From positions 71,860,001 to 71,924,000 of the forward strand of contig NC_087436.1 of NCBI RefSeq assembly GCF_036321535.1: 64,000 bases of DNA, read 5' to 3'. The translations under genes and the position numbers were made by a program. The notes below the pieces were generated by a model that was not told the origin of the DNA, searched no databases, and saw nothing but the letters and a program-made list of their open reading frames with translations. The DNA is from Camelus dromedarius (lineage: Eukaryota). This document shows positions 54,566-64,000 of this stretch, piece by piece (the first letter of the stretch is position 1; every line of letters starts with the position of its first letter).

Positions 54566-57214
54566 AATTTTTTTATTGATTGGTTTTCTGTGAATGAATG
54601 TTGGCATGGCTTATTTGGCCAAATTATAATTGCATTACTTATAGGAAACTTTTCAATAGTGTAATATGACAATGGCAGAGATTTAAGTGGACAAAAGTGT
54701 TATGTGGAGTGTTATGTGCTTTTTCTGTCGGTTTACTTTATGTTTTACTTCAGTTTAAGGTTGAAGATGGGGTCTTATGAAACTTAAATTTTCTTCCAGG
54801 AGATTTTCTTCCATGCTACAGCACTGCCGCCAAGAACTGTTTGTTTGTTTGTTTGTTTAATATAAACAATGGCAAAAACTTTAAAAACACTTTTCAGAAA
54901 AACATTGTGCTAGAACACCCTTACTGACTTTACAAATAAAATTTATATTGCCTGGAATGCACCTCTTGTTCTTTACCTTATATACTCTTGTACCTGTTTT
55001 AAGACCTAACATATATATGTGTCTTCTTCCATTGTGATGCCTCTTCCACTAATGCAGACAGTTAGATACTTCTGACTATACCATCACAACACTATATACA
55101 GGATCCACTTGAGCCTCTGATACATTGCATGTGCCCCAGTGATATACTGATGTGTCTATCCTTCTACTCCAATGGCAACATCTCAAAAGCGGTCTTCTTA
55201 AAATTCGTATGTGTAACCCTCTCCCCTTCCCATCCCAGTCTCTGTCTACAGTGCTTAGCACTGTGTCTGACAAAGTGGTTTTTCAATATCTGAATTTTAA
55301 TAAAGACAATATTGCCATATCACAACCTACTTACCTAATCCTTTATCAATGCCATTTGTGTGTTCCCCCCACATTTTTGTTGTTACGTAAAACACTTAAG
55401 GAAATATCCTTTTTCTTGTATTGTTTGTGTGTGAGAATTTCTTTAGAAATTCTAGAGGCAGAATTTGTGGATCACAGAGTGTACATAGTATATATAATTT
55501 CAATCATAGCTGACATCTCTTACTTATTTTGTCTGCACACCTACTAATTTGCCTTCCTGTGCTTTGAGAACTTCCCATTTGATGAATATGATGGGAAGTA
55601 GAGACTACTTTCCACAATAAACACTGAAAATGTCAAATACTTGCTATCTCAGCTTCCCTGGCACCTAGGATGTGGACATGCAATCTTGGCTTTGTACTCC
55701 GAATTGGGAGTTAATTCATAAGATGAGAAGACAACTGTGTATGTCATTGCACAAGGTTAAATTTTATAATTATCTAGGCTCCCTAATGATTCCATGAGCT
55801 ACCCAAAATCCTTCTAATAATTTCCTATTTTGCTTAAATTAGTTGAACTTTGTTATTTTTTGTTTCCAACTAAAAATGCTGACTAGTATAGGTGAGCGCC
55901 AGGAGTGGCCTGGGAGTGTTGTTTCTAAATATGCTAAACAGTTAAAAAAAATGACATTCTCAAATTTTTAATTTAGGGCACAGATTGAAAATTAGCTAAA
56001 AGAAATATGACCAATATAGATGATAATGGAATCTTAGCATGCTAGACCAATAAGAAGGAAAAATATAATTTAAGATTTAACTGAATTTACCTATGCTGGT
56101 AACTTTATCAGAATTTTGACTTTTAATTTCCTAGCTTAAACTTCTGGGAGTGGTTTTAATTGTTTTCTGTTTTGGTTGACTTAAACCTAGATAAGAGCTC
56201 ATATTAAAAGAAACTGACAAACAATAAAGAACAAATGAAAGAAGAATTAAAGATTTGGTAGGAAGAAATGTTGGATTAATTTGTTAATATGCATCTTGCT
56301 CTCCTCACTCCTAACTATATTCCTCAAATGAGTCCAAAAGATAGTCCCTTCACCAAGCCCTTGAGAAATACATTGGAGAGGAGACTTGCCAGCATCTTAT
56401 GGACTCCCTTCATTTCAGTAAGAATGAAAAGATTCTAGGTTTGGCAGAAGCTATTTAGAAACACTTAACAGAGGCAACTTGGCATGATTACCATAAAGGT
56501 AAACAGTAAATCCCTGATCATGAGACCAAGTGACTGCTTGATCAGAGCTTACCTCTATTAACCACATGTTATCAAATAAAAGTAACCCAAATGTTGGTCA
56601 TGTCCAGCAGTATTCCATCATCAAATGGAAGTAGTATAAAAGGAATCAAGCCTAAGAATATCAGACACAAGTAAATTGCACATGCAGATAACTCACATTC
56701 TCAGGAAGCTATCTGCCGCACTGTTATTTCCCTCTCAATCTCATTTAAGTTCTTGTGGGGAGTTTCTTAATACCTAATTATTTGACTCTGGCTTACAGAT
56801 TAGTTTATGTGATTTTCTGGCACCAAGCAGAAGTAAACTGCTACTGCCTTACAACTCCACTCAAGATTGACCCTAAAGGACCATAAGAAAGAGTTCCTTC
56901 TAATGGGTGGTATGTTGATTATTTCAGGTAATTTTCCAGATTTCATGGAAGGTGTGGCCTGGGTCATGAAACTGCACTCATTCATCGTCATTGGCTAATG
57001 GAACTGGAAAGATGAAGATAGGAATCTTAGAGACAAGGGAGTTTGAGAAGTAAAATGCATGGTAGACCTCTTCTAATGGACCTAATCCTTCAGGAACAGA
57101 GGCTATGCATGGACTTAGCAACATCAATGTTTACTTTTGAAGGCTGGTTTGGTTACCACTGCTGAATGCTTAACTTGCCAGCAGCAGCACTTATCCTCAA
57201 TCTTCTATGTGATA

Positions 57215-57995
57215 AATCCATTAGTTTTGTTTATTGCTACATATAATTTATCACAAAACTAGCTGCTTATAACAACACAAATTTATTATTTCACGGTTTC
57301 CATGGGTCAGAAGTCTATACACGGCTTAGCTGAGTCCTTTGCTTAGGGTCTCACCAGGCTGCAGTCAAGGTGTTGGCCAGACTACATTCTCATTTGGAGG
57401 TTTGACTAGGGAAGAATCCAATTCTAAGCTTATTCAGATTGTTGGCTGTATGACTGAGGGCCTGGATGTTTGTTGGCTGTTGTCTGAAGGCTATTGACAT
57501 TTCTTTGACATACAGTCTTCATGAACATGGCTGCGCATTTCATTGAATCCACAAGAATAGCTGGCTTTTATGGGCATGTGTTCTGTGCTGTCATACAGGA
57601 CCCTGCGCTTAGAAGGCCCATACTTGGTAGAATGCTCTTCTGTAGCTGTTTTGAAATCCTTAATAATTTTTGCACTAGGGGTCCCACATTTTGCTTTTGC
57701 ACTGGGCCCCACAAATTATGTAGCTAGTCCTACCTGCAGGGAGAGTCCATAGCTCCAGTATGTTAAGATAGAGACTTTTAAAACATGATGTAATTATGAG
57801 AATGTTATCCCTCATCTTTTGCCATATAATGTAATGTAGTCACAGGAGTGACATCCTATTACCTTTGCCATAGTCTGTTAGCTAGAACCAAGTCACAGGC
57901 TCTGCTCACACTCAAGAGGAGGGGATTATACAAAGGCATAAATACAAGGAGGTAGGGATCCTGAGGGCCCCCCACCTAGGGTCTTTCTGCCACAG
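57215..57995 (-). mobile_element. MLT1 LTR nested in the ERVL fossil
   Basis: aacaacacaaatttattatttcacggtttccatgggtcagaagtct...ggggattatacaaaggcataaatacaaggagg...ctgccaca. Confidence 0.78.
57556..57732. mobile_element. MER91-like hAT-Tip100 element nested in the MLT1 LTR
   Basis: ttgaaatccttaataattttt...ttttgcactgggccccacaaattatgtagctagtcct. Confidence 0.65.
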
Positions 57996-58684
57996 TACCA
58001 TAAACTGTGTAGAGTAGGTGGAGAGCAGATAGCTAGGAGGGATGTAGATTGTATTTCTCTTTACCATGCTTCTGATAGCACCATGACTTCATGGAGTTTC
58101 TCACTATCTTTTTTTTACAGTCATTGTATTCCGCACAGCATTGCCTTCAAGGAATTGAATTTATAGTTGACAGTTTATTCCTTAGCATCTGCCTTATCAG
58201 TTGTCAGAATGTACTCCTGAAGATTATCTTATAGTGCTAGTTGGGAATGCAGTATCTTGAGAGGTCAGGATGTGGTTTTGTATGGTGTATTATAAGCTTG
58301 GAACCAGCAACTAGTATGTGGGACAATATGTCTCAGAGCCAGAATTCATGGATCTGGGAATCAATGATTATAAGTGATGGTTCACAAAATTATACATAAT
58401 ACTCCACTTATAAATTTTTTACATCTTGTCTCTGGAACACTAGTTTCCAATAATTTAGATGTCTTAATATCTAAAATAAATGGTTATAGCAGGGGGAAAA
58501 GTAAAGTTTAATTGAACTGGAGGTAGACACAGTTAACTGGCCATTTAAGCAATTCATGCCACTGGACAAACAAAAGAATAAGGAGGTTTGGGTGTTGGCA
58601 GAGGTGATTTATTTTATTTGTGAAGGGTAATAGGCTTGTTGCTACACAATGAAGGTAAAGAAGAATATAGATAAAATCCTTCTT

Positions 58685-59210
58685 TCTTCATGATTTTTAT
58701 AATTTCTATTTATTTTTCTTTTCTGATTTCATCATCTTAGAGCTCCAGTATGTTTTTTAAAAGCAGGGGCTTTAGTGGGCATCTGTGTATTGTGACTCTA
58801 AAGAGAATATTTCTAGTTTTTTTGTCAACAAGTATGATGTTTATAGAAGGTTTTTAAAATGACCTTTAGTTAAGCACATTTTCTTCTATTCTTGGTTTGC
58901 TATTTTTTAAAAAATCATGAATGCATATTGACTTTTTCTAATGTAGTTTTTCCTCAATTGAAATAGTCATAAGTTATTCCTTTAGTTTATTAATGTGGTG
59001 AATCACATCAATTGGTTTTTTGAGTTTGAGCCATTCTGGAGTTCCTGGAATAAATCCTACTTGGTCATCTCTATCTCTGGTTCTTCAGTGCTGGATTTGA
59101 TTTGTTTATTTTTTATTTAGGATTTTATATCTATATTTATAAATGACATTCTCATAGAATTTTCCATTCTTGTATTATCCTTGTTCAGCTTTATTTTGAA
59201 GATAAATTAG
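58685..59210 (-). mobile_element. Old L1 ORF2 fragment
   Basis: Antisense phrases agtatgatgttt, ttcctggaataaatcctacttggtcat. Confidence 0.65.
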
Positions 59211-59444
59211 GTAGTATAGTAATCAAGGTTAAGTTTAAGGCAACAAAATCCACACTATGTAAAAAGAGAATTATCCCGTGAGACGTTAAGTGGCTTACTT
59301 AGATATACATTCCTAGGGCTGAAAAAGAGGTTTCATCTAAATTTCCAAGAACGGCACCTAAATCCATTTTGCAGAACTGGGTCAAGGAAGATACTGCCAG
59401 TACTGCAATCAAGAATTTGAAAAATTAAGATGAAATGCTACTAT

Positions 59445-59712
59445 AAATAGAAAACCCTAAAATTCTCCACCAAAAAACTTTTAGAATTAATGAATTCAGT
59501 AAAGTTGCAGGATACAAGATTAATATATAGAAATATGTTGCTTTTCTATACACTAACAGTGAATTATCAAAAAGAGAAAGCAAGAAAACAATCCCATTTA
59601 TAATTTACAAAAAGAATACAATACCTAGGGATAAACTTAACCAAGGAGATGAAAGACCTAAACTCTGCAAACTATAAAATATTGATGAAAGAAACTGAAG
59701 ATGATTCAAATA
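59445..59712 (+). mobile_element. L1 ORF2 (RT C-terminal) fragment
   Basis: atagaaaaccctaaa...aatgaattcagtaaagttgcaggatacaagattaat ([17 protein letters not shown]). Confidence 0.85.
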
Positions 59713-60504
59713 TTCTTTTTAATTGTTTCTTTGCCATTCTTCAGTTTCCTTCCTAGAACTACTTTGTAGGGATCTCTCTCCTCTCCCTCTGATTTAAATA
59801 CTTAACAAATTTAATTTCCCCCTCCCCGCCTTCCCTATCCCTCATAAATTAAAACTTTAAGACTTTAAATCTCCCTCTAGATGCACTCTGGATTCACCCT
59901 ACACATTTTACCTACGGTAACTGTACTTTTTTTATTTTTACACTGCCAAGGCCATTTTTATTCATTTTATCAACTTGAAAAATTCTGTGTATGTAAGTTA
60001 ATCTTTTAAATGCAGTAGACTCTAGATATTATGGTGTCTTATTTCCATGTACCACACTATGAAATAAAACAATGAGTGCATCTTTCTGACACGGAAATCA
60101 GTGAAATAAAATCAATACACTCATTTTGATACTGCTGTTAAATATTTGTAGGACGGCTTCTCAACTTAAAAATGATTTAAAAACAAAAAATTTTTATGGA
60201 ATCTAAACTACCATTGCAGTTATAAAATGTCTTAGTCCACAATTTTTTGTTTTTGAGTTTCAAAGATGTGAAGGCTCAGGGTTTTGTCTTGTTCCAAGAT
60301 TTTTCTTTTTGCAGTCTTTACCCTTCTTCAGATTCTTCATTCTTCTCTTTATTCACCCGCATCAAAACCAAGGAAGAACTGAGAATCTATCATTGACACT
60401 TATTTGCTGTCTGATAACATTTAATCTGAAGCTAATTTGAATTTCAACCATCTACCTGACTTAAATCCTATTCTCTATTTGTGCATTTTAGAAGCATCTA
60501 TATC

Positions 60505-60589
60505 GGGGGAAGGTATAGCTCAGTGGTAGAGTGCTTCCTTAGCATGCATTGAGTCCTGGGTTCAATCCCCAGTACCTCCATTTTAAAAA
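60505..60589 (+). mobile_element. tRNA-Ala-derived SINE, short form (tRNA body plus A tail)
   Basis: GGGGGAAGGTATAGCTCAGTGGTAGAG...GGTTCAATCCCCAGTACCTCCA followed by ttttaaaaaaa. TSD aagcatctata / aagtgtctata. Confidence 0.88.
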
Positions 60590-61402
60590 AAGTGTCTATA
60601 AGAGATGAGACTATATATAAGGGGAGAGCCAGTGAGACCCCTGAAATCTCCTGAAGCAAAATAAAATTGAAAGCCCTGCAAAGAACCCTGAAGTTTTTCT
60701 TTTAGGGCAACTCAAAATGAGGGGCCAGATAAATTGACTTACCTCTCTCTCTCCTCTCAGCCCTGTTCTTTTGAAGACACTGTTCAAAGTAAAGCCCAGT
60801 AGAACTACTGAAGATGCCAAATACCTGTGCCCCCTGGATTAGTTGGTTCCACCATCTGTCTCACCACAGGTGTGCCTATTAGAATATTATCTCCTCTCCA
60901 TGCCCCTTGCTACTTTTCTGCCTAATCATCTGTGGGTCTTCTTAAACCCAGTCCTTGCCAATCTCTCTCTCTCTCTCTACGGATATTTATTTTATTTTTT
61001 CTGGCACATTTGCCTTTAGTACAATTTGAGAAATATGTTGATCATTTACTATGCACAAAACACTGTGATAAGCACTAATTCTAATTATTAGTTTGTAGTA
61101 AAAGTTTTCTAATGTCTAGGAATATGTGTAAACATTGTTCCTAATTCTAGACTTAAAGTTTCTGACAAAAGTGCACTAGAACTCTGCTTCATTCTACTTT
61201 TCCTATTCTTTTTGGCTACTCATACTGCTTTTCATGGTAGTTATATTTATGCCAATTATTTCCTCTGTTGGATTTTTTAACTCCCTGAAAAGACTACATC
61301 TTTGTATTTAACACAGCAATTAAAAACAGATTCTTACACCTTATAAGTAGTTAAATCTATGAATATAAAAGCATTTAAGGAATATCAGAAGCTTTCTGCA
61401 TT

Positions 61403-61945
61403 CCTACTGTTTGCTGGTAAATGTTTAACAATCAGCTTTTTGGAAAAAGTACACACACATATATTTCTTATAAAGTTTATTGATATAAAGAATGTGTAGT
61501 ACACAATTCACAAATAATAATAATATATATAATACTCTTTATTGTGAGTTTCATATAGCCAATTGATTCTCACAGAATCCTTTCACTGATTTTTACCAAA
61601 TGCTTATATTTATAGCTTCCCCGTGGTTGCAATCAATGAACAAGTGTTGTTCCAACATGATGTTGGTTGATATGTTAATTTATCTTTACAAGTAAGATGG
61701 GAAAAAACCCTTAGAATTAATGTCAGAACTTCACTTGTTTGCTAGTCATCTGTGTGACTTCTTTGCTGAATCAGATAACACTTTTCAAATACTGAAAGAC
61801 AATTTCTCCAGTTTTTTTGTGCTACTCACAATGTGGTATGGCATGATACATTTTTAAGTTTAATCTGCATTATCAACATTTTATCCATAATTTTCTTAAA
61901 TCTATCATTAAAATAGCAAACCAAGAGCTTATTTGTGGTGTTTCC
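61403..61945. mobile_element. Zaphod/MER115-like hAT-Tip100 DNA transposon fossil
   Basis: The terminus tgctggtaaatgtttaacaa and internal agccaattgattctcacagaat resemble the recalled Zaphod consensus. Confidence 0.55.
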
Positions 61946-62201
61946 AAAAAAAAAAAATAGAAATAATTTCTCATCTATTTAAGCACTGTTGGATATAAAT
62001 GATCTTCATCAGTAGTAACATAACTTGAATTTGCTGGTTGAAAATAGTTACTCTAGACATGTTTTTCTTTGGAGCAAATTCGTAGCTAAGTTTATCTACC
62101 CAGCGACTTCTTTTTCATTTGCAGATTGCTCATGTAAACAAAAAGCTGAATTCTACTATGGGGAGAGAGGAGACTCTTTATCAGAGATTTGACCCTCAGT
62201 T

Positions 62202-62498
62202 GGGAAATTGGAAATGAGCTGGACAAACAAAATGAGATAATTGATGATCTTGCCGATGAGAAAGTTTGCGCTGAAACCAGATGTGTGAATCTGGTGGATA
62301 GAAAGTCCACATCTTGTGGGATGATAATGGTGATCTTATTGCTGCTCATGGCTATTGTGGTCATAGCAGTCTGGCTTATCAACTAGTAGCAATCAAGGGC
62401 CACCTGCTGTGACACCTGCCAGTGATGGGAAAAAGCTTAGCATCGTCTTGGTACACAAAGCTGCTCTCAATAAATTCCCCCAAAGCTCTGAAAAAAAA
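62202..62498 (+). pseudogene. STX8: 5'-truncated processed pseudogene of syntaxin 8 (SNARE C-terminal half, TM anchor, 3' UTR, polyA remnant)
   Basis: EIGNELDKQNEIIDDLA-DEKVCAETRCVNLVDRKSTSCGMIMVILLLLMAIVVIAVWLIN* matches the recalled STX8 C-terminus (EIGNELDEQNEIIDDLANLVENTDEKLR...DRKSASCGMIMVILLLLVAIVVVAVWPTN). It is intronless, with AATAAA at 62469-62474 and A8 at 62491-62498. Confidence 0.92.
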
Positions 62499-62639
62499 TT
62501 TTTTTCAAGGATTATTACTTTATTAGGACTAAATAAGCATGTCATGGGTCAGGGCATGGAAGGACTTATAACTAAGTTAGTTATGTAACTCTAAGGAAAT
62601 TATTTTCCCTCTCTAGCCTATGACTTGTCATCCACAGAT

Positions 62640-63040
62640 GAGATTGAGTAGTATTCCATTGTATAAACATACCGCAACTTTTTATCTAGTCATCTGGTGA
62701 TGGACATTAAGGTTGTTTCCGTGTCTTGGCTATTGTAAATAGTGCTGCTATGAACACTGGGGTGCATGGATCTTTTTGAATTAAGGTTCCCTCTGGATAT
62801 ATGCCTAGGAGTGGGATTGCTGGATCGTATGGTAAGTCTCTTTGTAGTCTTTTGAGGACTCTGCATACTGTTTTCTATAATGGCTGCACCAAACTACATT
62901 CCCACCAACAGTGTAGGAGGGTTCCCTTTTTCCACACCCTCTCCAGCACTTGTCGTTTGTGGACTTTTTAATTATGGCCATTCTGACTGGTGTGAGGTGA
63001 TACCTCATTGTAGTTTTGACTTGCATTTCTCTGATAATTA
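62640..63040 (-). mobile_element. L1 ORF2 C-terminal fragment
   Basis: Minus [47 protein letters not shown] is the L1 ORF2 cysteine-rich domain. Confidence 0.93.
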
Positions 63041-63769
63041 TACTATATATTATAAATGTATATAAAGCAATTTTTTAAATAACAAAATACAGAATTTAGA
63101 TTAAAGAAATTGACCTATATAGTTACTTAGAATATTCCTTTAAAGTTCTGCCTTGAATCCTTGAATGCCTCTTCCAAGTAAAAATGAATTTTTCAAAAGC
63201 AATTGTACGTTATTAAGGTATTACATGTCTACCCTAAATGGCAATATTTCTTAGCAATTCATAATTTCTAAATATTAGTTCAAGAACAGAATTTACCCTG
63301 AAGTAATACAATTTCTTGACTCTATTTGTTGTCATTTTAAGATTGATAAAAGAAGCTGAAAAATCTCCAGGCTTACTAATACTTTATTTACAGCACAAGA
63401 ATATTGAATGTTTTTTTCCTTTGCTTCCATAACAAAGGAAACCTGAAAGTAAGCTCTGAATGTCTGTGACAATGGATCAGTGACTTACGAACATGACCTT
63501 GTATCTTCAGTATCATCAAGGTAACTTTTGCAGGAGTTTCACTACTTTATGTATCTTTCCGTTGCTTGTTCATTAACTCTCTTGTTTTTTGAAACCAATA
63601 ATATCTTTAATACGTTTCTGAAGGGCAGCTACATGAGGCTTAAGAGACTCAGTTTTTCACATTTACATCTGACTCATGACATTCTCTCAGACTAGCACGT
63701 GATTCTCTGGTTTCTGTGTTCAAGCCAAAATATTCCTCAATGACCATCACATACAACTAGCATTTTTTA

Positions 63770-64000
63770 TGGTTTCTTTTGAGATATAATTCACATGCTA
63801 TACAGTTCACTTATTTAAGGTGTACAGTTCAAGGACTTGTATATTCATAGAATCATGCATCCATCACCACCATCAATTTTTAGAACATTTCCTTGCCCTG
63901 ACAAAACCCCAACGTTCCCTAGTGATCACCCCTCAATCTCCTCATCTTCCCCAGGCCTAGGCAGCTGTTAATCTATTTTCTGTCTCTATCAATTTGTCCA
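63770..64000 (-). mobile_element. L1MB-like 3' end, truncated by the window edge
   Basis: ttgagatataattcacatgc...tgtacagttc...ccatcaccaccatcaatttttagaacattt...aatctattttctgtctctat. Confidence 0.8.

Larger units (their letters stand above)
55500..58680 (+). mobile_element. Second ERVL fossil: LTR (about 55500-55890), PBS-like site, pol/integrase and dUTPase-region remnants
   Basis: gcgccaggagtgg just after the LTR end resembles a tRNA-Leu PBS. SIIKWK (tccatcatcaaatggaag, about 56614), CQQQ (about 57177), IPHSIA (about 58128), RIHGSGNQ (about 58341), LNW...GHF (about 58512) follow the ERVL pol order. Confidence 0.75.

Overview
Mammalian genomic DNA, most likely a camelid, judging from four tRNA-Ala(AGC)-derived SINEs that resemble the camelid Vic-1 family and from cetartiodactyl-type L1 3' ends. 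The only genuine coding sequence is exon 1 of ANKRD17 on the minus strand (CDS 19253-18849), inside a CpG-island promoter that looks bidirectional. Positions 1-18848 are ANKRD17 intron 1, and about 20.3-64 kb is upstream intergenic DNA. Both are dominated by L1, L2, MIR, ERVL/MaLR and DNA-transposon fossils. A 5'-truncated processed STX8 pseudogene lies at about 62.2-62.5 kb. I find no support for a novel multi-gene biological system. The most interesting signals are a non-canonical GC splice donor ending ANKRD17 exon 1, a divergent first exon with an ATG ORF open across a strong donor, an uninterrupted STX8 retrocopy with an in-frame deletion, fossil ERVL and possibly Gypsy pol remnants, and a CTCF-like site. 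Repeat family names and boundaries come from visual recognition and are approximate unless TSDs or TIRs are quoted.
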